This document shows positions 21,088 through 32,421 of a stretch of DNA of 64,000 bases, in pieces (positions within the stretch are counted from its first letter, which is position 1; every line of letters begins with the position of its first letter). This DNA is from a bacterium. GTDB lineage: Bacteria > Verrucomicrobiota > Verrucomicrobiia > Chthoniobacterales > UBA6821. Position numbers and translations under genes: made by a program. The DNA lies in NCBI GenBank assembly GCA_037130175.1, contig JBAXTN010000009.1:1247-65246 (forward strand), written 5' to 3'. The notes below the pieces were generated by a model. That model did no database searches and was not told where the DNA came from. It saw only the letters and a list, made by a program, of their open reading frames with translations.

Positions 21088-21837
21088 ATGAAAATATCCT
21101 TTTCATCGGTTTGCCATTTGATCCCAGTCTGCTTCCTGGTGGTGGCGGGATCTCTGCAGGCCCAATTTGTTTTCGGCACGGACAATGCCACAAACTCTCC
21201 CTATGTATACGGACAGGATTACAATGGCCTAAGTGGGGCAACAAGTGTTGCTCTTGGAGATTGGATTAGCAGTGGCGTGACACGCATCACTAATTCTCCC
21301 GCGGGAAGTTCCTCTTTCGGAGTGATGGCCACCACCAATTCCGGTGACGTTTCCACAGCGGCAAGGCAAGTTACCAGCGACACGGATTATTATCTCTCCT
21401 ATCAATTTGGGTACAATGGAATCAACTCCTCCGGGGGTGAATACAGGCTAATTCTCGGCACCATAGGTGCCGATACCTACAATCTGTTTTACAACCCCTC
21501 ATCTTCCGGAAGTCATTGGCTCTTCAATGACGGAACTGGGAATGTGGATACTGGGGTGACTGCCACATCCGGTGCCCTGCTCACTTACAACTTCACCCGG
21601 ATCTCGGCTACAGAATATACCGTCTCCTTGTCGGGAAGTGGTTCCTGGAGTCGTACCGCTACTCTCCAAGGAGCCAGTGATCTTTTTTCAATCCAAGCAA
21701 CGCAGAGTGGCGCGGGCAATGTGATCGGGGTGAACAGCATGGTGGTCGGAAGCGTTCCTGAGCCATCGACCTGGGCTCTCTTCGGGTTTGGAGGCCTTGT
21801 TCTTCTGGCATTCTCACTCCGAAGGAAGAAAATATGA
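21088..21837 (+). CDS. PEP-CTERM sorting-domain protein
   Basis: Signal peptide plus a C-terminal VPEPSTWALFGFGGLVLLAFSLRRKK (PEP motif, TM segment, basic tail). Confidence 0.85.
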   Translation: MKISFSSVCHLIPVCFLVVAGSLQAQFVFGTDNATNSPYVYGQDYNGLSGATSVALGDWISSGVTRITNSPAGSSSFGVMATTNSGDVSTAARQVTSDTDYYLSYQFGYNGINSSGGEYRLILGTIGADTYNLFYNPSSSGSHWLFNDGTGNVDTGVTATSGALLTYNFTRISATEYTVSLSGSGSWSRTATLQGASDLFSIQATQSGAGNVIGVNSMVVGSVPEPSTWALFGFGGLVLLAFSLRRKKI

Positions 21838-21971
21838 CATTGGGTAATAATTTCTAATGCCAAGCTTGTCTATCGTGATGAACCGCCAGGTAGACTCTGT
21901 CTCAAGGACGCACGCCTGCAATGAATTCAGCAGGAGTTACCTCGCCTCACTCCTCTCGGTAAAATCTCTGC

Positions 21972-23834
21972 ATGAATAAAGCCCCCACCCGATTCTTGAT
22001 CCTTCCGCTTGCGTTGGGACTCCTTAGCCACTCCCTCTTTGCACAGGTTATTCCGGGTTCAGTTGGTCTAGTTTCTCCCTTTTCTCCCGGTGGCTTCAAC
22101 ACGATTGGCAATGCCTCGGTGACGGGATACGGCTCACTTTTTTCCGCCAATGGAAATCCGATCACTTTTGAGGTTGATGCCGGGGCTGCTGGTCAAAAAA
22201 TGGATGTCTTTTCGATTGTCTATCCAGCAGCCCAATCGTCTCAATTCAGCGTGGTTTTCAGCTTTATCAACACCAGCCAAGGGATTCCGACATCATTTTT
22301 CGGTGTTCAGAACAATTTCTTAAATGGCAATCCCACTGCCCAGTTTCAAAGCGGACGCCAAGAGCCGACGAGCTACACGGTGACCGGCGCACCAAATATT
22401 ACCTATACCCTTGGGATTGGAACGGATGTTTACAGTCTTTCTGTCCGCTTCTGGTTGAATACTCAGACCAATATTACTGGTGGAAACTATTATCCAAACG
22501 GACTTCCAATCACCACAAATGCCCCTCCTAATTCCGTGGCATCCGGCACTCCGGGGTCAACGAATCCTCCGACCACTTCGGTGGTATCAGGTAGTACAGG
22601 TGGTGGCACCAATACGGTCGCTAGTACGCCCCAGGCTTCTTCAGTGCCGATCAACCCCGCCACAGGGCAGGTCTATGCATCCAATATCAATCCCTCAAAG
22701 CCTCTCAATATTAATGCCTACAACGCTTCGGGGCTGATCGACCATGTGGCCAACAACCAACTCACGAGCAATACCGACTTCAATAATGTCATCACGGTTC
22801 TTGCCTTCTTGCCAACCGCTGCGCAGACCGAGCAGGCACTCGACCAGATCCTTGCCGAGCCATATGCCTCAATTATCAGCGTCACAATGGAATCGATCAA
22901 CAGCTTCCGTCAGGCTTGCATGAGGGCCGCCTGGAGTGGCAAAAAGATCAAGCTTCCGGAGGACGAGCGCTGGAGTGTCTTCACCGATGTCGGTAATAAT
23001 CAGGCTAATATGACCGGAGCCAGAGACGGTCTAGCAAATTTCAACTACAATATCTTTCAGTCGATCCTCGGAGTAGAGTATGCCGTGACCAAGGATTTCA
23101 CGACGGGCGTGGTAATGGGGTACGGATATGATCATGCGGGAGGCTTCGAGTACACGAGCGCCAACCTTTACGCAAATAGCGTCAACATGGCCCTCCTCCA
23201 AAAATACAATCCCGGCAACTTCCGTTTTGTAGGATTGATGGGCTACAGCGACTTCCAGTACAGCTCGACACGTCAGATCAACTTTGGTTCACCCGCCGCT
23301 GGGTTTATCAACCGTCAGGCCAGTGGGCGGTGGCAATCGGATGGCTTGGTCGCCGCTCTCAACGCTGGCTATGAGCAGAAGTTGGGGCCACTTGTCTTTA
23401 CGCCAAGTCTTCTTTTCTCCTATGTCTACCAACTCCAACAGGGATTCACGGAGACGGGAGCCAACTCTCTGAATCTGCAGGTCAATGCCGCCCAGTCCAG
23501 CTCCATGATTCTTGCTCCCGGCTTTCAGATCGAGGCTCCCATCAGGCTCTCGAAGACTCTCATTCTCACCCCCAAGGCTTTTGCCTCGTGGGAGCATGAC
23601 TTCCTTGCCAATCAGGCGCAGAACCGTCAGGTCAATGCTTCCTTCGCGGCTGTTCCGGAACCGGGATCGCTCACGGTTTTCGGGGTCAACCGGGGTGCGG
23701 ATGCAGTCAATGTGGAGGCCGGATTGGAACTCACGGTGAATGAAAAATGGGCCGTCTACGCCGGGGCCCAATACCAGTATTGGGGGACTGATCAGGAACT
23801 CGGCTATAACGGTGGACTTCGTTACAGCTGGTAG
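21972..23834 (+). CDS. autotransporter-like outer-membrane protein
   Basis: Signal peptide, a Ser/Thr/Pro/Gly-rich passenger, and a C-terminal ~280-aa region of alternating beta-strand pattern ending in GGLRYSW (aromatic terminus). Confidence 0.75.
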   Translation: MNKAPTRFLILPLALGLLSHSLFAQVIPGSVGLVSPFSPGGFNTIGNASVTGYGSLFSANGNPITFEVDAGAAGQKMDVFSIVYPAAQSSQFSVVFSFINTSQGIPTSFFGVQNNFLNGNPTAQFQSGRQEPTSYTVTGAPNITYTLGIGTDVYSLSVRFWLNTQTNITGGNYYPNGLPITTNAPPNSVASGTPGSTNPPTTSVVSGSTGGGTNTVASTPQASSVPINPATGQVYASNINPSKPLNINAYNASGLIDHVANNQLTSNTDFNNVITVLAFLPTAAQTEQALDQILAEPYASIISVTMESINSFRQACMRAAWSGKKIKLPEDERWSVFTDVGNNQANMTGARDGLANFNYNIFQSILGVEYAVTKDFTTGVVMGYGYDHAGGFEYTSANLYANSVNMALLQKYNPGNFRFVGLMGYSDFQYSSTRQINFGSPAAGFINRQASGRWQSDGLVAALNAGYEQKLGPLVFTPSLLFSYVYQLQQGFTETGANSLNLQVNAAQSSSMILAPGFQIEAPIRLSKTLILTPKAFASWEHDFLANQAQNRQVNASFAAVPEPGSLTVFGVNRGADAVNVEAGLELTVNEKWAVYAGAQYQYWGTDQELGYNGGLRYSW

Positions 23835-23852
23835 GAAATTTATCCTGCCGCC

Positions 23853-24914
23853 CTATTTTAGTTCCGGCGGGAGAGGTAAATTCTTGATCTGCTGTACGGC
23901 GTCGCGGTGACAGACAAGGATCGCATCTTCGGTCTCCACCACGACGAGATCACTGACGCCGCAGAGAGCCACGGTTCGTTTCCCTGCCACAACAATGTTC
24001 CGTGACGAATCAAGCGAGATTACCGAGCCTTTCAGGGTATTCTCGTTGGCATCCTTGCCGAGATGAGCGGGAAGCGCCGCCCAGGAACCGACATCGTCCC
24101 AGTCGTATTCTGCAATGGCCGCGGCAACGCTGGAGGCATGTTCCATGATCGCGTAGTCAACGGAGATTTTGGGAAGATTGGGAAATGTTTCTTTCAGAAA
24201 GGAACCGACATCCGGGGTATTCCCGAGGGCCTCAATAAAATGAGCCAACTCGGGTTGCTGCCTTACACATTCTTCCAGAAAAAGTGATCCCTGCCAGAGA
24301 AACATGCCTGCATTCCAGCCATGCTGTTTTCCTTTCAGAAATTCCTGAGCACGGGCCACATCGGGTTTTTCGACAAAGCGTTGCACGGTCACAAATCTTG
24401 TGGTGCCTTGGGAAGGCAGCGGTGATCCGAGTTGGAGATAACCAAAGCCTGTGGAGGCGTAGGAGGGAGTGATTGAGAAAGTAAGGATCGTCGGGTGTTC
24501 GGCTGCAAAATCTGCCGACTCAGCAAGCTGCCGTCGAAAGGTTTCCGTGTCATGGATCATCGCATCGGCGGGGAAGAGAGCAACAATGGCATCCTTGCGT
24601 TGACGCAGGGCGAGGCCTGTTGCAAGAGCTGCGGCGGGTGCCGTATCGCGCTTGGCAGGTTCGGCGATTATGTTCTGCCTGGGCAGGAAGGGAATCGCAG
24701 CGATCGTAGAGTCGATCTGAACTGTGTTGGTCAGAATAAAGATCTGCTCCAACGGGACGATCCCCTCGAATCGGCGGACAGTCTGCTCGAGGAGAGTCTC
24801 TTCTCCCAGAAGTCTGAGGAGGTGTTTAGGTGTAACGGAACGACTTGCCGGCCAGAAACGCTCACCACTCCCACCTGCCATGATGAAGACGAAGAGGCGG
24901 TCGAGTGAGGACAT
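23853..24914 (-). CDS. mannose-1-phosphate guanylyltransferase
   Basis: N-terminal nucleotidyltransferase loop FIMAGGSGERFWPASR...PKHLL. At 353 aa it has no PMI domain. Confidence 0.85.
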   Translation of the reverse strand: MSSLDRLFVFIMAGGSGERFWPASRSVTPKHLLRLLGEETLLEQTVRRFEGIVPLEQIFILTNTVQIDSTIAAIPFLPRQNIIAEPAKRDTAPAAALATGLALRQRKDAIVALFPADAMIHDTETFRRQLAESADFAAEHPTILTFSITPSYASTGFGYLQLGSPLPSQGTTRFVTVQRFVEKPDVARAQEFLKGKQHGWNAGMFLWQGSLFLEECVRQQPELAHFIEALGNTPDVGSFLKETFPNLPKISVDYAIMEHASSVAAAIAEYDWDDVGSWAALPAHLGKDANENTLKGSVISLDSSRNIVVAGKRTVALCGVSDLVVVETEDAILVCHRDAVQQIKNLPLPPELK

Positions 24915-24955
24915 GGTGGAAGGATGAAACCGGAACGCTTAAACTTGAAGGAAAA

Positions 24956-27652
<2,697 letters not shown>

Positions 27653-27790
27653 GGGCAGCTGGAAAGCAAACACATGGACGGTGAGAAAAACAAGTTCTCT
27701 ATCCCTTCGGGCATTTCCCAATATGACAGAAAGTGACAGAAAACGGTTTCCAACCCTTAAGGCTCACATCATTCTTGTCTCACTCTACCG

Positions 27791-28348
27791 ATGGACAATG
27801 ACTGGTTTCAACTCGTGGTCGATGAATACTACGGCGATCTCTATCGTTTTGGATTAAAGCTTTCTCACAAGCCGGAGGATGCCTCCGATCTGGTGCAGCA
27901 AGCATTTGCAATCTTTGCTGCAAAAGGGGATCAGATTCGAGAGTCGGAAAAGGCCAGGCAGTGGCTCTTCACAACCCTCTACCGGGAATACGTGGCGAAG
28001 TATCATAAGAATAAGCCGTTGCTCTCACTCGATGATGAGGAACTGGATCTTCCTGAACCTACCGTGGAGAGTTCCGTGCATCGCGATGCAGAACGGAACG
28101 AATTGCTTGGTGCCCTTGATGATCTTGAAGCTCACTACCGGGTCATCCTCACGCTTTTTTATCTGAATCAGCACAGCTACAAGGAGATCGCCGCGATTCT
28201 GGATGTCCCCATAGGAACAGTCATGTCACGGCTTTCCCGAGCGAAAGATCTTCTCCGTCAAAGAGTGGAGGAAATATCACGACTCCATGGAATAAATGTC
28301 CTTCCGTTCCCCTCTAATGAACAGGAGAAGCTGTCCAAAAACCGCTGA
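27791..28348 (+). CDS. ECF-type RNA polymerase sigma factor
   Basis: Region 2 ([10 protein letters not shown]...[10 protein letters not shown]) and region 4 HTH ([27 protein letters not shown]). Confidence 0.9.
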   Translation: MDNDWFQLVVDEYYGDLYRFGLKLSHKPEDASDLVQQAFAIFAAKGDQIRESEKARQWLFTTLYREYVAKYHKNKPLLSLDDEELDLPEPTVESSVHRDAERNELLGALDDLEAHYRVILTLFYLNQHSYKEIAAILDVPIGTVMSRLSRAKDLLRQRVEEISRLHGINVLPFPSNEQEKLSKNR

Positions 28349-28357
28349 GAACCCTAA

Positions 28358-29107
28358 ATGACCACACAAGAAGCCAAACTGATTTTGCAAGCATACCGCA
28401 CAGGAAGTGCGGATGAGGCGGATCCGTTTTTTACCGAGGCTTTGGAGCTCGCCCGGATCGACACCGATCTGGGGGCATGGTTTGAGAGGCAATCTGCTTT
28501 TGACCAAAAGATGGTCGGGGCACTTGAAAGTGAGATTCCTCCAGCAGGATTGAGGGATGCCATCCTTGCGAGAAAAACATCCCCGCTGGCGTTGAAGCAA
28601 TCCAAGCCCTACCGACCACTCAGCATGCTTGTCTCCCTGACAGCAGCAATCGTCCTCTTTGTGGGAATCGTATCCTTCCATCACGGCTCCGGCAGAATGA
28701 CCGTGGCTGCCTTCTCCAGAGAAGCACTCGATATCAAGGAGCAGGGGAAAATTGCGCTTGAGAAAATGAGCTCTGATCCGCAATCGCTTAGGAAATGGCT
28801 CGCTGATCGTGGCGCGCCCAGTGACTTTGTCCTTCCTCAAGGATTGAAAGGGGTTTCCTCATTCGGTTGCCAGAGCTTCGATATTGGAGGAAACAAGGTT
28901 TCGTTGATATGCTTCGATTTGGGAAACAATCAGGTTGCTCACCTTTTTGTGGTCGATAAATCGGCACTGGCTGACGCATCTCAATCATCCCTTCCCCAGA
29001 TGCACGTCGACAAGGGACTTGCCTTTGCCACCTGGACCTCAGGGAATAAATGCTTCGTGCTCACTGGAGACAATGTTTCCAAAGAGAAGCTGCAAAAACT
29101 GATTTAG
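28358..29107 (+). CDS. putative membrane-anchored anti-sigma factor
   Basis: Starts 10 nt after the sigma gene. Single TM segment (LSMLVSLTAAIVLFVGIV) after a ~85-aa cytoplasmic part. No zf-HC2 motif seen. Confidence 0.55.
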   Translation: MTTQEAKLILQAYRTGSADEADPFFTEALELARIDTDLGAWFERQSAFDQKMVGALESEIPPAGLRDAILARKTSPLALKQSKPYRPLSMLVSLTAAIVLFVGIVSFHHGSGRMTVAAFSREALDIKEQGKIALEKMSSDPQSLRKWLADRGAPSDFVLPQGLKGVSSFGCQSFDIGGNKVSLICFDLGNNQVAHLFVVDKSALADASQSSLPQMHVDKGLAFATWTSGNKCFVLTGDNVSKEKLQKLI

Positions 29108-29137
29108 GGAACTACTGAAATCTCATCGGAGTAAAAG

Positions 29138-29893
29138 TCACAGTTTAGAATTTTCCAGCAAAGCAGCTACCTGCGCGTGGAGTTGAAGCGCCGCCTCCTT
29201 TCGCCCGCGATCGGGCATAGACGGCGTCCCAAAATTCAGAAGAGCGACAAACGGCTTTCCTGAAAGAAGACTCAGAAGATGAGGAAGGAAGGTCATCTCC
29301 CCCCAGTAGGCGATCCCGGTGGCAATGGCTCCTCCTTCCTTCAACCGATAAGTAACGGATGCGGGCGTGATGGAACTGCCTGTGGACAGGGCGGCCTGAA
29401 GCAGTGAACTGCGAAACGGAAGCACACCCGTCCCGTCGGAGCTGGTTCCTTCCGGGAAGAGAACAAGAGGATACCCCTCTGCTAGAAGCGAGGAAATCCC
29501 CTTGATCTGGTGCGCCGCCTTGAGTCGTGAATCTCGCTGCACAAAATGAGTGCCAGCGAGTGAGGTGAGCCAGCCAAAGAGAGGCCAGCCCTTCACATCG
29601 TTCTTAGCAACAAATATTGCCGGACACACCGAGCCGATGACCAGAATATCGACATAGCCGAGATGATTGCAGACCACGAGGCCGCGCTCGGGAGGATTAC
29701 CCTGGACGGAGACGCGACCTCCAAGCAGTCGGAGAAAACGGCGGCTCATCCATTGCATCCAGGCAATTTTTCCACTGAGAGTAGTTTGGGTGAAGCGGAT
29801 TAAAAATGCCGGGTACGCAAGAAACCCCGTCACAATGATTCCCAGAAGGGAAAATATACGAGCGGAACCACGCAGAAATCCGGGGAAACTCAT
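29138..29893 (-). CDS. lysophospholipid acyltransferase (PlsC/OlsA-like)
   Basis: HX4D motif (CNHLGYVDI) and FPEGTSSDG motif. Overlaps the upstream GNAT gene by 4 nt. Confidence 0.75.
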   Translation of the reverse strand: MSFPGFLRGSARIFSLLGIIVTGFLAYPAFLIRFTQTTLSGKIAWMQWMSRRFLRLLGGRVSVQGNPPERGLVVCNHLGYVDILVIGSVCPAIFVAKNDVKGWPLFGWLTSLAGTHFVQRDSRLKAAHQIKGISSLLAEGYPLVLFPEGTSSDGTGVLPFRSSLLQAALSTGSSITPASVTYRLKEGGAIATGIAYWGEMTFLPHLLSLLSGKPFVALLNFGTPSMPDRGRKEAALQLHAQVAALLENSKL

Positions 29894-30654
29894 GGACTGC
29901 TAATCCCTTCTTTCTTAGGCCTCTCCACGAAGCGCTCCGTGGCGATCGGCGAACTGTTTCTAGAATCGATCATGGTTAGGAAATCAATGGTTTTGAATTC
30001 CCGATCTATTGCCGGAGGAGCGCAGATTTTTGCCCCGACCCCGAGATAGGCGCGGAGGAGTTTTGGCGGAGGAGGCGACTCGGCGAGAGGTTCGACATCA
30101 GGCAAGGCAAAGTCGGGCATAGGAAGAGTGCGAAGGGCTTCCTCCACGAGATATTTTTCCCTCTCGAAGCGAAGATACATCGCCTTCCCAAGTGCCGGAT
30201 CCTGGGAGGTGAGGGAACTGCAACCGATCATATAGCGTCCCTGATGAGACATGACATAGCGGACGAGTTCCTTCCAGAGCAGGCTGATGACGACGATGCT
30301 GCGATGATCCTTGTGAACACAGGCGCGGCCTAGTTCCACAATCTCCCCTCTCAGCGGTTCAAAAATTGACATATCAAACTCCCTCGCGCTGTAAAACCCC
30401 AGATTGCGTTCAGCCATGGCACCGGTTTGCATCCTGTAAGTTCCCACGACAGCCCCCGAGGATGATTCCTGAATGATGAGATGATCACAAACCGCATCAA
30501 ACTCATCCTCGTCCAATCCCTCGGCATGTGAGGTGGCAAGCCCCTCGTTCAGTTCGAGATTAAACACTTCATAGCGCAGACGGAGCGCCGCCCTTACCTC
30601 TTCGCGAGAGCCGGCAAAACGAACGATGTAGCCGGTTTTAAAAAATCCAGACAT
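29890..30654 (-). CDS. GNAT-family N-acyltransferase (OlsB/hemolysin-like)
   Basis: The pattern FAGSREEVRAALRLRYEVFNLELNEG...DEFD..CDHLII...VVGTYR is typical of ornithine/amino-acid N-acyltransferases. Confidence 0.7.
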   Translation of the reverse strand: MSGFFKTGYIVRFAGSREEVRAALRLRYEVFNLELNEGLATSHAEGLDEDEFDAVCDHLIIQESSSGAVVGTYRMQTGAMAERNLGFYSAREFDMSIFEPLRGEIVELGRACVHKDHRSIVVISLLWKELVRYVMSHQGRYMIGCSSLTSQDPALGKAMYLRFEREKYLVEEALRTLPMPDFALPDVEPLAESPPPPKLLRAYLGVGAKICAPPAIDREFKTIDFLTMIDSRNSSPIATERFVERPKKEGISSP

Positions 30655-30791
30655 GGGATAGGAGGTTGAGACAGGAAAAGGAGAGATAGCATTCAGAATG
30701 AATCCATTTCATCCAGCGCCCCTTCTTTCAACTCAGTGGCACTCTGTCCATGATAAATCCATCTAGGGAAACGCTGATAAAAAATTATGGA

Positions 30792-30875
30792 ATAAAATCC
30801 ATGGGAAGTTGCTCAATCAGAATAAGCGCCAGCTCTCATAAACAAATCACTTCAAAATGAACCCATGGATTTTAT
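30792..30875. repeat. 14-nt perfect inverted repeat (ATAAAATCCATGGG / CCCATGGATTTTAT); distal arm covers the YHS gene ATG
   Basis: Arms read directly at 30792-30805 and 30862-30875. Related copies: ATAAATCCAT at 30753-30762 and GAATCCAT at 30700-30707. Confidence 0.9.
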
Positions 30876-31359
30876 GCAAATCAAACAGACCAAGCAAGCC
30901 CCCCACAGTTTTCGACTACATGTATTTTTGGCAATGGCTTTTATCCTCTCTGCACAATTTGGATTTTCAAAGTCTCTGGAGAATGTCGATCGGACCGGTC
31001 TGGGGATCAAAGGTTACGATCCCGTCGCCTATTTCACGGACAACGCTCCAATTCTTGGGTCATCCCAGTTCCAGACCACCTTTGACGGGGTGATCTACCA
31101 TTTCAATAGTGCCGCGCACAAGGAGGCCTTCGATGCCAACCCTGAAAAGTACGCTCCGCAATTCGGAGGCTTTTGTGCTTATGGCGTCTCCAAAGGGAGC
31201 ACGGTGAGCATTGACCCTGCCGCCTTTCAGATCGTGGATGGCAGATTGCTACTGCAATACAGCAGAGGCATCAGGGAGACCTTCAACAAGGATTCGGTAG
31301 GAAACTTAAAGAAGGCAGACGCCAACTGGATTCTCCTCCTGGATAAAAAGGGGAAATGA
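30865..31359 (+). CDS. YHS-domain protein, secreted
   Basis: GYDPVAYFTDNAPILGSSQFQTTFDGVIYHFNSAAHKEAFDANPEKYAPQFGGFCAYG matches the YHS-domain family pattern. Hydrophobic N-terminus. Confidence 0.8.
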   Translation: MDFMQIKQTKQAPHSFRLHVFLAMAFILSAQFGFSKSLENVDRTGLGIKGYDPVAYFTDNAPILGSSQFQTTFDGVIYHFNSAAHKEAFDANPEKYAPQFGGFCAYGVSKGSTVSIDPAAFQIVDGRLLLQYSRGIRETFNKDSVGNLKKADANWILLLDKKGK

Positions 31360-31463
31360 GCGATTCCGATCCTAATCCCAACCCTCATCTTTCCCGAAAC
31401 GATTCTTTAACCTTGCCCGGCTCCACTTAACATCTCAGAAATCAGCTATTACATCTGAAACTG

Positions 31464-31868
31464 ATGAAACCGAATTCTCCACTCGTTACAGTGATACTCT
31501 GGATCTGCAGGATCGTTGCTGCGGCCATTTTGATTCAGACTCTGTATTTCAAATTCTCCGCCGCACCTGAATCGGTCTATATCTTCACCAAGGTAGGACT
31601 TGAGCCGTGGGGGCGTATCGGATCAGGAGTTGCCGAGCTGATAGCATCCTTTCTGATTCTGTTCCCACGCACTACCTGGATCGGTGCGATCCTTGCATTA
31701 GGAGTCATGGGTGGCGCTATCATGAGCCACCTGACGGTTCTAGGAATCGATGTGATGGGAGACCATGGGCTGCTCTTCTGTCTCGCGCTAACCGTGGCAT
31801 TTTGCTCCGCAGTTCTCCTCTTCCTTTCCAGAAAATCCATCCCCGTCATTGGAAAGATTCTACCGTGA
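31464..31868 (+). CDS. DoxX-family membrane protein
   Basis: 134 aa with four hydrophobic segments and a DoxX_2-like pattern (RIVAAAILIQTLYFKF...GVAELIASFLILFP). Confidence 0.7.
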   Translation: MKPNSPLVTVILWICRIVAAAILIQTLYFKFSAAPESVYIFTKVGLEPWGRIGSGVAELIASFLILFPRTTWIGAILALGVMGGAIMSHLTVLGIDVMGDHGLLFCLALTVAFCSAVLLFLSRKSIPVIGKILP

Positions 31869-31869
31869 T

Positions 31870-32397
31870 ATGAGACCACTGATGCTCCACGCTCTTGAAC
31901 AGGTTCTCGATCAAGGCGAAGGTCTTCTCCGTATTCTTAATGACGAGTCATTCAAGACTCCCTTGAGCTCTGCCAGGGGTGCCACCATTGGGGGGCATTA
32001 CCGGCATTGCTTGGATCACTTTGAAAAATTATTCACCGGAATTGACCATTTCCTCATCGATTACGATGCACGCGGCCGCGACCAGCGACTTGAAACTGAT
32101 CGAGAGTTTGCTCTGGGACGAACAGTGGAACTCCGATTATTCACGCGCACCATGGATGCTCGGCTGCTTAAACACTCCATCCAAATCCGCTGTGCTGTAT
32201 CCGGGGATGAGGGTGAATCGCCTTTTGTTACCTCCACGATTGAAAGGGAAATCATGTTCTGCATCTCCCACGCCATCCATCATTATGCCCTCATCGGAAT
32301 GATGTGCATGGAGATGGATGTGCGACTTCCAGTGGAATTCGGCGTGGCTCCCTCAACCTTGCATTACCGCTCGGTTTCCGCACTGCAAACTGCTTGA
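31870..32397 (+). CDS. DinB-superfamily-like protein
   Basis: Helical protein with His-rich putative metal ligands (GGHYRHCLDHF ... ISHAIHHYALIG). The ATG is 1 nt after the DoxX stop; an alternative start at 31849 would overlap DoxX. Confidence 0.55.
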   Translation: MRPLMLHALEQVLDQGEGLLRILNDESFKTPLSSARGATIGGHYRHCLDHFEKLFTGIDHFLIDYDARGRDQRLETDREFALGRTVELRLFTRTMDARLLKHSIQIRCAVSGDEGESPFVTSTIEREIMFCISHAIHHYALIGMMCMEMDVRLPVEFGVAPSTLHYRSVSALQTA

Positions 32398-32421
32398 GGC
32401 TTCTCTGGAGCGCCCCAGTTT

